Origin: a bacterium
GTDB lineage: Bacteria; Electryoneota; JAOADG01
Direction of reading: 5' to 3'
Length of the DNA stretch: 64,000 nucleotides
NCBI GenBank assembly: GCA_963681965.1
Contig: OY820579.1
Span: forward strand, 3,904,001-3,968,000
The notes below the pieces were generated by a model. The model was not told where the DNA came from. It made no database searches and was given only the letters and a program-made list of their open reading frames with translations. Below are positions 9,216 to 18,689 of the stretch, piece by piece (within the stretch, counting starts at the first letter, position 1; every line of letters starts with the position of its first letter). The position numbers were made by a program, and so were the translations under genes.

Positions 9216-10471
9216 TTCGCACCTCCTGTCACAAACCGGACAGTGACTGAGCCGAGCGCACGATTGTCGCTGTTCAGAGCCGGGGTCTTGTAGTACTGGA
9301 ATTCGCCGCCGAATGTGATCCAATCAAGTTGCTTCGGAGTATAGCGACCGCCTAGATTTGCGGAAGTCGTTTGTCCCTTGACCAAACTTACACCATCCCA
9401 AGAGTAGTCGACCACCGAACTATTCACGTACAGATCGACTTGTTTATCGAAATTGTACCAACCGGACAACCATGGACCATAGGCTTTCGACAACTCACCC
9501 GAGGCGATGCGGTAACCAATCTGTCCGTATGGGGTTGTCACAACGGGACCGCCGCGAAAACCGGTGGCACCTTCCGTCATTGCCAGTGTTCCCTCGGCAC
9601 CCACTCCCCACTTCGCCGGTTCGAGGTAGTAATCAAGTGAACCACGGATTCGCTTTTCAGTCGGTAATTCGAAATTCTTGAACCAACTATTCGCGGCAAT
9701 TTCCGGAGAAAGCGCACCAATTTCGACAAATCCAACCAGCTTCGGAGAATAGTAACGAGTGCGAAGTGTCAGTTCGCGAATATCGGACGACATCAACCGA
9801 TATTGGGTCGTAAAGAGGAATGTCCACCGCTGATTCATCTTCCCGTACATCTGGATACCGAGCAAGCGGCGATAATTTTCACCTTCACGCGATTGATCGA
9901 CATAGGATAATTTCCAGATTTCTTCGTCGAGTGGTTTCCATTTCGGCATGCGATAGCGAATTTCGCCACCGACGAATGGCGAGGATCCTTTCGCCAATTC
10001 GAACCGGCGATTTTCGGGACCGTTGGTGCCGCCAATCAGGGTGAAGCCCAACGACTTCCATTCGCGCGATACTTCCATCCCATCGATGGTTCCGAGCGCG
10101 ACACCGCGATACAAAAAGAAGCGCCCGAGATTCACTTCCCATGGCGAATCGTAATCGTAGTAAGTGAGTTTCATCGCATAGAGTCGGGTTTCGGCAGAGC
10201 GCGAATATTTGTCGACATTGTCACCGCGATACTGAAGATGCGAATTAAATTTCCAGCCGCCGGGTAAATTGTTGACTGTCGCATTGACACCAGTGAATAA
10301 CCAAAGGTGATCTTTTGCGTCGCCGGAACCGGGATCAACCGCTTGGTAGCCGTATGCTTCGGTATAAAAATTACCGCGCAATTGCGGACGCGATGCTTCT
10401 GCCGCCAAAACGCTACTCGCGCCACAACACACTAACAAGAAAAGAGAAATTAGATATTTCCGTCGAATCAT
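9212..10471 (-). CDS. Putative outer-membrane beta-barrel porin of a porin-cytochrome complex
   Basis: Signal peptide; amphipathic Tyr/Trp/Gly-rich beta strands; no TM helices or CxxCH; last strand GSVTVRF; translationally coupled to the multiheme cytochrome gene. Confidence 0.72.
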   Translation of the reverse strand: MIRRKYLISLFLLVCCGASSVLAAEASRPQLRGNFYTEAYGYQAVDPGSGDAKDHLWLFTGVNATVNNLPGGWKFNSHLQYRGDNVDKYSRSAETRLYAMKLTYYDYDSPWEVNLGRFFLYRGVALGTIDGMEVSREWKSLGFTLIGGTNGPENRRFELAKGSSPFVGGEIRYRMPKWKPLDEEIWKLSYVDQSREGENYRRLLGIQMYGKMNQRWTFLFTTQYRLMSSDIRELTLRTRYYSPKLVGFVEIGALSPEIAANSWFKNFELPTEKRIRGSLDYYLEPAKWGVGAEGTLAMTEGATGFRGGPVVTTPYGQIGYRIASGELSKAYGPWLSGWYNFDKQVDLYVNSSVVDYSWDGVSLVKGQTTSANLGGRYTPKQLDWITFGGEFQYYKTPALNSDNRALGSVTVRFVTGGAK

Positions 10472-10625
10472 ATCGGTACCTTCACGGTTTTATTGCAATC
10501 ATTTCACGCAGTATTCAGCAATCCTTCGGTTGATAAAGATACCGTAAGATAAACCAAATTATGCTAGAGTCAGATTGAAATGACTGCAAATAAAACAAAT
10601 ACTGTGCTATCCCCTTAGTTACGTC

Positions 10626-13238
10626 CTATTTCGCTTCGTGATGTTTTTCTTCGGTCGAATTCGGGTCGCCTTCTTGCACAAATCCAGGTGTTTCGACAGT
10701 CTTATCGGCTGCCTGACCGTGGTGATGTTTCCACTCTTCGAGCGACATTCGACCCGTAATAAACGTCCAGCTCATCGGGTACTGCTTCGGATGCATCATC
10801 ACAAAGAAGAAGTGCCAGATGACAATTGCGCTGACCGCGAGTATTGCTTCATAGTAGTGGATAACACCAGCGACACGCACCACCCAGCCGGGCGACCACG
10901 ATGTCGCAATTGCCGGGAACCACAGAATGACACCGGTTACCGCCATGATGAAAGTACCCCAGACCAACGCCCAATATTCGGCTTTCTGGGTATAATCGTA
11001 CGCTTCAAATCGCGGTGGATCTTTCCGCAACCGGAGATGGAACATCACATTTTGAATTGCTAGTGTCGCATCGGCAAGGTTCGGCAAATAATTCTTGATT
11101 TTCTCGCGACCGCGTTGCGTGGTCAACACGAAATGGAGATGCCAGAACGAGTCGACCGTAAGCAATACCGCAAGAATACGGTGGATCAATGCGCGCCGGG
11201 TTTCATCCATACCGAGGAAATGCAATCCCTTCACCCACCAGGTGTCGGTATTGCGAAGCGCCAGACCGGTGATTCCGAGACCGATGAAGGTGATCAGCAA
11301 CAAATAATGTTGCTGCCGCTCGATCTTGTTCATCCGGACGATATACTTCTCGGTCAGGTGCTGTTTACGGTGTTCGCGAAGATGATAGGCATATACAATC
11401 ACATTGTGTACGAACATGCCACCGAGCACGAGAATAATGAGAATGATGTAGAATACGCGGACGTAGTCGTGAATTCCCCAGACCTGACCAAATGCCGCAT
11501 GCGAATAGGAAGCGGCAAATGCGGGATTGGAGTCTTTGTGACACTTGCCGCAAGTCGTGGCGATGTTGTCTTTGTATGTCGTCGACCGGGGATCGAGGTG
11601 ACTGTGAATGGCGTGAGTCGTATGGCAATCGTTGCAATTCGCGACGATCTTCGATTTACTTAACGCCCATCCGTGATAACTGTCCTGATAACTCTTCACG
11701 ACTCCGCGCCAAATTCCGAATCGGTCGGTGAGCGCGTTGTTTTCGTGACAGCGACCGCAATCCTTAGCCACATTCATCGGGGCAGTATTGGAAGCCGGAT
11801 TCGAGCGCGGTAGAATTAAGTGCGATTCGTGACAATCGTTACACGCTGGAGCGTCGACAACACCGCGTTTCGCGGCAGCGCCGTGAATTGAACTGGCATA
11901 CTCTTTTGCAGGCTTTTCGTGACACTTCCCGCACGCCGTGGGCAGATTCAACCGTGAGGTTGAGCTGGTAGGATCACCGGCGGTCTGGATCGTATGACTG
12001 CCGTGGCAATCGACACAAATGGCACCACGAACGTTGGATTTCTTGTTCACCCATTCGCGCCACTTATCGGCGTGTACCGACTTCGACCAATTCGAGAGTG
12101 TCATCGGCATGCGCACAAAATCACTAGTGATCGTAAGACTGTCGCCGTGACATTTACCGCACGTAGAAGGGATATTGGCAGGATTCGCCATCGATTTTTC
12201 ATCGGTGACGCGCCGGACCCCGTGACCGCGATCGTGACAATCTCCGCAATTGGCTGCCACCCCTAATCCAGTGGGATCGTCGCGGAAGTGCATACTCTTT
12301 TTATACTGTTCCAACTCGTTCTTGTGACAGTCGCCGCAATGGAATGCCGGTTCGCCTTTGGTCAAATGCACCGAGTGGCAACTGGCGCAAGTCATTTCAT
12401 TACTGACCAATTTTGCCTGATGCACCGAACCGGAGAATTCACCCATCGTCTTCTTGTGACAGGTCAAGCAATTCGAGAAGGCATCGTTGGATCGTTTTGG
12501 ATCGGGAACGCCGTGCGGTTCGTGACAACTGGAACATGAGACGCGACGCGTAGAAAAAGTATCGATCGCAGCGGTCGTATGAATACCGTGAATGCCGTGC
12601 GGACCGTTACGGAGTTTTTCCATCGCATCGCTGTGACAATTCTGACAAGTACGAGTGATGGAAATTGGATCGCCAAGTTTGGTTTCACCATGCGGCGGAT
12701 GGCAAGTCGCACAACCGTTTTTCTTACCGAGACCGGGGAACTTTCGACTGTGAGTGCTGGCGTTGAATTTCTTCGCCTCTTCGGTATGACAGCGGATACA
12801 GGCAGTGCCTGCCGCACCGGAAGCGACCGAGGCGATGCGATGCGGATCGCCGGTACTGGAATGACAATCGTAGCAGTTCGCGGCTTGGAACGGGGCTTTG
12901 TCACCTCCATGACCGTGGACGCTCGTTTGCCACTTTTCGGGGATACCGGTATGGCATTCGCCACATTTCACCGGAGTGTAAGATTTGAAGTGCGGCGTAT
13001 TGTCCCAATCGCCGGTTTTATGGCAATCGACACAGGACAATGAACCGTGAATGCTCTTGGTGAATTGGTCGGAGACACCGACTTTCTTCCCCTTGGCATT
13101 TTTCAAATCGGGATCGGAATGGCACGTCAGACAGTTGCTGTTATCCGACCATTCGGAGCCAGCAGCGACTGAGTATTGACAAACCAACCACCCGCTCGCA
13201 AGTGCGAGCAGTAATAGCACTATTCGGATTCGTTGCAT
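10626..13238 (-). CDS. 19-heme cytochrome c fused to a C-terminal cytochrome b (FdnI/HydC-like) domain; CbcL-like quinol oxidoreductase
   Basis: 19 CxxCH counted; TM helices with His ligands (QHYLL, IHRIL, WHLHF, IHYYEA, IWHFF) and YDYTQKAEYWALVWG..TG motif. Confidence 0.9.
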   Translation of the reverse strand: MQRIRIVLLLLALASGWLVCQYSVAAGSEWSDNSNCLTCHSDPDLKNAKGKKVGVSDQFTKSIHGSLSCVDCHKTGDWDNTPHFKSYTPVKCGECHTGIPEKWQTSVHGHGGDKAPFQAANCYDCHSSTGDPHRIASVASGAAGTACIRCHTEEAKKFNASTHSRKFPGLGKKNGCATCHPPHGETKLGDPISITRTCQNCHSDAMEKLRNGPHGIHGIHTTAAIDTFSTRRVSCSSCHEPHGVPDPKRSNDAFSNCLTCHKKTMGEFSGSVHQAKLVSNEMTCASCHSVHLTKGEPAFHCGDCHKNELEQYKKSMHFRDDPTGLGVAANCGDCHDRGHGVRRVTDEKSMANPANIPSTCGKCHGDSLTITSDFVRMPMTLSNWSKSVHADKWREWVNKKSNVRGAICVDCHGSHTIQTAGDPTSSTSRLNLPTACGKCHEKPAKEYASSIHGAAAKRGVVDAPACNDCHESHLILPRSNPASNTAPMNVAKDCGRCHENNALTDRFGIWRGVVKSYQDSYHGWALSKSKIVANCNDCHTTHAIHSHLDPRSTTYKDNIATTCGKCHKDSNPAFAASYSHAAFGQVWGIHDYVRVFYIILIILVLGGMFVHNVIVYAYHLREHRKQHLTEKYIVRMNKIERQQHYLLLITFIGLGITGLALRNTDTWWVKGLHFLGMDETRRALIHRILAVLLTVDSFWHLHFVLTTQRGREKIKNYLPNLADATLAIQNVMFHLRLRKDPPRFEAYDYTQKAEYWALVWGTFIMAVTGVILWFPAIATSWSPGWVVRVAGVIHYYEAILAVSAIVIWHFFFVMMHPKQYPMSWTFITGRMSLEEWKHHHGQAADKTVETPGFVQEGDPNSTEEKHHEAK

Positions 13239-13282
13239 GATTTTCTCTGGGATCTGGGAATGTGGTGTACTTTCAACTGCCG

Positions 13283-13311
13283 AATATATGGGAAGTGGTA
13301 CGGAATTGCAA
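13283..13311 (-). promoter_or_regulatory. Putative sigma70 promoter of the multiheme cytochrome cluster
   Basis: Minus strand TTGCAA-17 nt-TATATT, 45 bp upstream of the start codon at 13238. Confidence 0.5.
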
Positions 13312-13700
13312 CGTTTTTCACTAATTCCTACTAAATATTGATGGTATTTTGCCGGAATCCAGCGATATTAGTTCAATGAAATCAACTGCGCGAAATTCCA
13401 CAGTTCGCGATACTTTTCACTGACAGTCAAATAATGTATTGAATTAATGGACATAACAAATGGAATATTAATTCATATCAATAACTATCGATTCGATACT
13501 GAGACGCGGAAAAATTCACAATCGTCTAGCCAACTTCGTGAAAGAAATTGCAAAGACTGTCGAGTCACTCCGATGGAGCGAGGTCAAAATTTTCTTCGAA
13601 CTTATCTGTCGTTCAAAAAATCTACTTGGATAATCGGCAAAGCGTTGCGTTGATGTTGGGCAGTAAATATATTCGCCTGAATACCTACCTGACTTTTCGA

Positions 13701-13814
13701 TAATGGTTCTTGAAAATTAGTTGTCATGATGCGGAGTCAGGCTTCGCCTGACCTGCGGGCGGACGCGGGGATCCGCCCCTACCACCGATAACAACTTATT
13801 TTTAAGCGATCCGA
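13701..13814 (+). mobile_element. 114-bp MITE-like element, copy 1
   Basis: TCTTGAAAATTAGTTGTCAT..GTCAGGCTTCGCCTGAC..GGGCGGACGCGGGGATCCGCCCCTAC..ATAACAACTTATTTTTAAG; matches five other copies. Confidence 0.8.
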
Positions 13815-13890
13815 AATTGTGAATTTCATTAACAGCACGACTCGATTTTCAAACAGGAATCCAATCAAGTAACAATCTTCCGAGGTAACG

Positions 13891-15195
13891 ATGCAGCGTC
13901 TCCAATCCATCCTCTTGATCGTGTTCGTAGTCATTGCGCTGATTGCAACTAGCGGCTGCAAAGACGACAGCAAAGACAATCCAACCGGATCGGGTCCGGT
14001 CACCATCGCGGATGTCGCCGGCACATGGTTGAATGTGGGATATGGCAATACAAACGGTACCGTTCGAACCGTAGCGCTCGATACTAACACCACAACTTTT
14101 GTGTTGCAGTCGAATGGCGATTGGCGCACGACGATTGTGGGTACATCAGTCACCACATGGTTCGCGGGTCATTCGAGTATGAATGGTGATACAGTAATTT
14201 CTTCGATCGATTCATCGTCGAATGGAACAATGGTTGGCGCGACAATGCGTGCGAAAGTCGACTACCATTCGAATTGGATGGTGTTCTTGAGCTATAGCTC
14301 AGCGTCTTATTATGTCCGGCGGTCATCTTCCAGTGGTGTGATTGCGGGATTTGTACTCGACCAACAAAATCAATCGCTAACTTCGGCATCCATTTTGATT
14401 CCATTGGCTGCCGGATCGCCGCTCACAACGACTTCGCAGACCGACGGCTTTTTCGCAATCAGCCAGATTGCCACCGGAACATACCATGTTCAAGCCGATT
14501 ATGCCGGTCGCTCCGTGACCCGTACCGGTGTTTTTGTACAGAATGGCGGCTTGGCGAAAGTAGTGCTGAATATTCCCGATGCGAGTACCGGTTTGACGTT
14601 TGCCTCGTTAGCCGGAAATTGGAAGCAAATTGGATGGTTTAGCAGTACCGACAGCACCTGCGGAGTCGATGGCGAATCGATCAGCTTTCAATTTTACTCG
14701 AATGGAAATTTCTACCGGACAGCCGTGATGAGTTCGGTTTCATACTGGTGGGCTGGTCACTCGACCATTCAAGGCGACTCGTTATTTGTTACGATCGATT
14801 CTTCGTCGCACTCCGGCGATAGTGGCAGATCCTTCCACAGCAAGTGCGAGATGCATACAGATTATTGGGTATCGAAATCGACTGACGGATATGTCGAATA
14901 TTATGCGAAACTCGGAGTCAGTAGTGGGACTTTATCAGGTTTCGTGAAAGATAATTCAGGCAAAGCAATCAACAATGCCGCAGTCTCGTTCCAGATTGGA
15001 AGCGGCACTCCGATTACAACATCTTCCGACAGCTACGGAAATTATTATTTCGGATCAGTGACACCCGGTGTTTACAACGGTCTTGCGACGATAACAATCA
15101 ATTCCATTTCGCACAATGCCGGATTGACAAATGTGAATGTTACGGCACAAACCGTTACGATTGCTGAATTTCAGATCAGTACCGGTGCGAAGTAA
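13891..15195 (+). CDS. Lipoprotein with two tandem (lipocalin-like + carboxypeptidase-regulatory-like) modules
   Basis: Lipobox ATSG-C; duplicated AGxW..F..SNG..W.AGHS..GD..IDSSS..YY..SSG..GFV.D module. Confidence 0.75.
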   Translation: MQRLQSILLIVFVVIALIATSGCKDDSKDNPTGSGPVTIADVAGTWLNVGYGNTNGTVRTVALDTNTTTFVLQSNGDWRTTIVGTSVTTWFAGHSSMNGDTVISSIDSSSNGTMVGATMRAKVDYHSNWMVFLSYSSASYYVRRSSSSGVIAGFVLDQQNQSLTSASILIPLAAGSPLTTTSQTDGFFAISQIATGTYHVQADYAGRSVTRTGVFVQNGGLAKVVLNIPDASTGLTFASLAGNWKQIGWFSSTDSTCGVDGESISFQFYSNGNFYRTAVMSSVSYWWAGHSTIQGDSLFVTIDSSSHSGDSGRSFHSKCEMHTDYWVSKSTDGYVEYYAKLGVSSGTLSGFVKDNSGKAINNAAVSFQIGSGTPITTSSDSYGNYYFGSVTPGVYNGLATITINSISHNAGLTNVNVTAQTVTIAEFQISTGAK

Positions 15196-15218
15196 ACATA
15201 TTTGGCAGTTAGTAAGGT

Positions 15219-15254
15219 AAAACGGGCGGGCATCGAAGCCCGCCCCTTTTTTTT
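15219..15254 (+). terminator. Rho-independent terminator
   Basis: GGGCGGG-CATCGAAG-CCCGCCC followed by a T-run. Confidence 0.75.
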
Positions 15255-15441
15255 GGATGCAGGATCGGTAATGAGAAAAAAGAGTAATGAACCCCGGTTT
15301 GTTTTTCTGACCGAATCAAACAAATAGTCAAAAAATAGATATTTCGACCTAAAGAAGATTTCTTTTTGTAAAATTGAATTCAGAAGAATAAATTACATAG
15401 CTAAATCGTAAACTACTTGAATATTACAATTGGAGTTATCT

Positions 15442-18400
15442 ATGTCGTTTGAAAAATACTTTCGATTTGTCCTCTTGCTGATATTGGTTTTTTCTTCCTT
15501 GGCGATCGCTTCCAGCAACGTGAATAGTCATTCTGAAACTGCCATAACCATCGCTAATCCGCTTATTCCCTCGTCGACCGACAGTTACGGTGGTCCCGAT
15601 GTTCTCGGCTACCGCTGGCGCGATAACAATAGCGATGCGTATGGACCGGCATACAACTGGTACGATATCTCTTCGACCGGTACTGCGATCACGTTTGCAT
15701 CCGGTAACGATGCGATCGCCACGATTCCGATCGGATTTTCGTTTACCTATGACGGTTACGCTAAAACCCGGGTTGGCGTCGCAATCGACGGCTATCTCAG
15801 CTTTACCGATACCACGAGCGATGTTCCGTCCAACGTAGCGATCCCGACCTCGACCTCACCCAATTATATGTTCGCACCCTTTTGGGCAGATCTGTACATC
15901 GGCACGACGGCTCCGTTGGGTGTCAAATATCGCAATGTCGGTACCGACACACTGGTAATCTCCTGGACTACCGTAAAGAATACAGCACGAACCGATACAC
16001 TGCGGTTTCAAGCGATACTGGTGCGGAGTGGCGACATTTTATTCCAGTATAACACCGTGACGAATCCAGCTAGTGTTATTCCGTCAATCGGTATTGAAAA
16101 CCACAGTGGTCAGATTGGATTGCAAGTCGCTTACAATACTGCCTATGCCACTGCAGGGCGGGTCGTACGCTTTACAACTCGAGTACTATCCGGTACGAAA
16201 ACAGTAGGACGAACGACTTCAGATTACCCGACTATCGCTGCAGCACTCACCGCTCTCTATACCGACGGGGTTAGTCAAAATGGGGTGACTTTCGATTTCG
16301 AAGGGGGTCCTTTCACCACTCCGTTTACGGTTAATCCGTTCCCTGGGATGGGCACATCCAATCCGGTAATTTTTCGCGGTCACAATTCAGTGACTTTGAA
16401 TCCACCTGTGGGCAGTTACGCGATCACCTTAGCCGGTGTGCAATATGTGACGATCCAGGATTTTATTATTACCGACAATTCGACCGGATCGGGAGTCGCG
16501 CGTGGGGGTATCTGCATCACCAACAGCTCGGTAACCACCGGATCGCAGAACAATACGATTAAGAATTGCGCAATTACGATGCGAGTGTCGTCGACAACCG
16601 ATACATCCTGCGGCGTAATCGTAAAAAACAGCTACGCTCCTTCCGGTTCGAATGGCGCAAACAGCTATAATAATTTTCTTAATTTAAAAATCTCAAAATG
16701 CAACTACGGTGTCTACGAACAAGGCTCTGCCTACTATCTTAATGTCAATAATGAGTATGGCAGCGATAGTACCGGTACCGGTTACTCCAAACGGTTCACG
16801 ATCGGTGCTGCGATAAACGATACGATCGGCGGATATACTGGTTACAATGGTATCTATATCCAATACGCCAATGGAGTATCGATCCACGATTTGGATGTCT
16901 GCCAGGTCTACGGAACCGGTACAGAATTAAATGTAGCGGGTATTTATCTGACTGGTTTGATGAGTACCAGCGCAATCTACAACTGCCGGGTTCACGATAT
17001 TAATCTAGCGGCGGCGACCACTCGCAGTTGTTATGGCATGTTACTTTCCAGTGCAGGCACAGTAAATTGTTATAACAATATGATTTATGGTCTTTACGGG
17101 ATGCCTGCCACGAGTTCATATTACCTCAGAGGATTCCACACAACAAATCGTGTGAATTTTTATAATAATTCGATTGTAATAGACACCCTTAAGCCGAATA
17201 TCTCGCGCTCAGTTTCAGGATCCTATTGTTTCAGTAGTTATTATGGCGACGTTAATATGTACAACAACATCCTGAACAATACCCAGCGAAACTCAATCCT
17301 CATTTCTGTCTCTTCGGGTACTTTCAACAGCGATTATAACGCTTTCAATTTCCCAAGTGATAATCACTTTTTTATCAATGCTTACACCGATTGGGCAGGC
17401 TGGTTAGCACCCAATCGCGACCGTCATTCGGTGCTTGGGGTTCCCTCATTCGCCGGCTATACCTATCCTCCGGATTTCCACATTCAACTCAATCAAAGCT
17501 CGTCGATCGTAGAAGGTGCCGGGTTGCACGAAGCATTGGTTACGACCGATATCGACGGTGAAATACGAGACACGCTATCTCCGGATATCGGCGCCGACGA
17601 AGGGAGCTTCGCCCCAATTTTATCGACGATGAATTATCCGGCATCAATTAGTTTTAACGATACTCGAACAGCTCATTTCGATTCAGTGTTAGTATCGATC
17701 CGTCAAAGTCAGAATCGCGCATTCACATTCTCCAATATTCAAACCAGCAATAATTCAGTTTTCAGTTATCGTGTCGTTAATAGCGGATCGACCATCAACG
17801 TACGCGATACGCTCCAGATCTGGGTTCGATTCAAACCCGATACGACTATAACCTATACGGATACTTTGAGAGTAACTATCAGCAGCCCGTACAACAGTGT
17901 CGCCCTGCCACTCAATGGACGCGGCAACGGTTACTATGTATCCATGCCAGCTTCGAGCATGTGTTTCCCGAATCCGCTATCGCCGGGTCAATTCGCTTCA
18001 CTCGAGTTGCCGGTGATTGTTAGAGGAAATAGCGCACTCGACAGCGCACACTGGATCACTTTGCCGTCCAACGCGCCATTTTATGTTCTGCCCGGCACGA
18101 TGTCATCCCTCCCAGTTGGAAATATTGTACCGTCACGATTATACTTCGCTCCGACTACTTCGGGATCGTTCTCGGCACAGGTCGGTCTGGTTTCGAATGC
18201 TGCCAACGGCGACACAATCTTGATGAATGTCAGTGGTGTAGCGCAATCGGCAGTTGTGACACCGGGTCTGGGGATCGCGATAAACGAATACAATACGGTC
18301 TTGAATTGGTCTCGTCCCGATACGCTGGTGCAGTATTATCTGGTGTATTTCCGCAACAGCGCGACCATTCCGTGGCAATATCTGACGAGCACGACTGGAG

Positions 18401-18576
18401 CCTACTCGACCACCTTCACTCATGTCAATGTCGTACGGTTCAGTCCACAGATGTATTATCAGGTGACAGCGTGGTACGGCAACAGTTCGGACGATTCGTT
18501 TGACCGCATCATTCGGACAATTCCAGTGGGTACGCCGGAAAGTGAAGTCATTCGCATATTGATGGGAACGCATTAG
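15442..18576 (+). CDS. Large secreted/surface protein (nidogen-like, beta-helix, Ig-like and FN3-like domains)
   Basis: Signal peptide; GGPD..GY..YNWYDI..APFWADL module; Asn-rich beta-helix repeats; DIDGEIR..PDIGADE; Ig-like VRFKP/LYFAP domains; C-terminal LNW..YYLVY..YYQVTA. Confidence 0.75.
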   Translation: MSFEKYFRFVLLLILVFSSLAIASSNVNSHSETAITIANPLIPSSTDSYGGPDVLGYRWRDNNSDAYGPAYNWYDISSTGTAITFASGNDAIATIPIGFSFTYDGYAKTRVGVAIDGYLSFTDTTSDVPSNVAIPTSTSPNYMFAPFWADLYIGTTAPLGVKYRNVGTDTLVISWTTVKNTARTDTLRFQAILVRSGDILFQYNTVTNPASVIPSIGIENHSGQIGLQVAYNTAYATAGRVVRFTTRVLSGTKTVGRTTSDYPTIAAALTALYTDGVSQNGVTFDFEGGPFTTPFTVNPFPGMGTSNPVIFRGHNSVTLNPPVGSYAITLAGVQYVTIQDFIITDNSTGSGVARGGICITNSSVTTGSQNNTIKNCAITMRVSSTTDTSCGVIVKNSYAPSGSNGANSYNNFLNLKISKCNYGVYEQGSAYYLNVNNEYGSDSTGTGYSKRFTIGAAINDTIGGYTGYNGIYIQYANGVSIHDLDVCQVYGTGTELNVAGIYLTGLMSTSAIYNCRVHDINLAAATTRSCYGMLLSSAGTVNCYNNMIYGLYGMPATSSYYLRGFHTTNRVNFYNNSIVIDTLKPNISRSVSGSYCFSSYYGDVNMYNNILNNTQRNSILISVSSGTFNSDYNAFNFPSDNHFFINAYTDWAGWLAPNRDRHSVLGVPSFAGYTYPPDFHIQLNQSSSIVEGAGLHEALVTTDIDGEIRDTLSPDIGADEGSFAPILSTMNYPASISFNDTRTAHFDSVLVSIRQSQNRAFTFSNIQTSNNSVFSYRVVNSGSTINVRDTLQIWVRFKPDTTITYTDTLRVTISSPYNSVALPLNGRGNGYYVSMPASSMCFPNPLSPGQFASLELPVIVRGNSALDSAHWITLPSNAPFYVLPGTMSSLPVGNIVPSRLYFAPTTSGSFSAQVGLVSNAANGDTILMNVSGVAQSAVVTPGLGIAINEYNTVLNWSRPDTLVQYYLVYFRNSATIPWQYLTSTTGAYSTTFTHVNVVRFSPQMYYQVTAWYGNSSDDSFDRIIRTIPVGTPESEVIRILMGTH

Positions 18577-18578
18577 CG

Positions 18579-18673
18579 ATAGGTGATGGGTAGTAGGTTT
18601 TGGGTGGTAGGAAAAGAAACAAGATAAAAGAAAAAAGATACAAGAACGGGCGGGCATGGGAGCCCGCCCCTAC
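18579..18673. repeat. G-rich heptamer tract plus REP
   Basis: ATAGGTG ATGGGTA GTAGGTT TTGGGTG GTAGGAA, a purine linker, then CGGGCGGGCATGGGAGCCCGCCCCTAC (18647-18673) between convergent genes. Confidence 0.8.
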
Positions 18674-18689
18674 TGATTTATATTATGAA

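Noticed and set aside
9212-10471. Assigning mtrB or pioB to the porin
   Set aside because: At 419 aa it is much shorter than MtrB-type barrels, and its partner is not a decaheme MtrA
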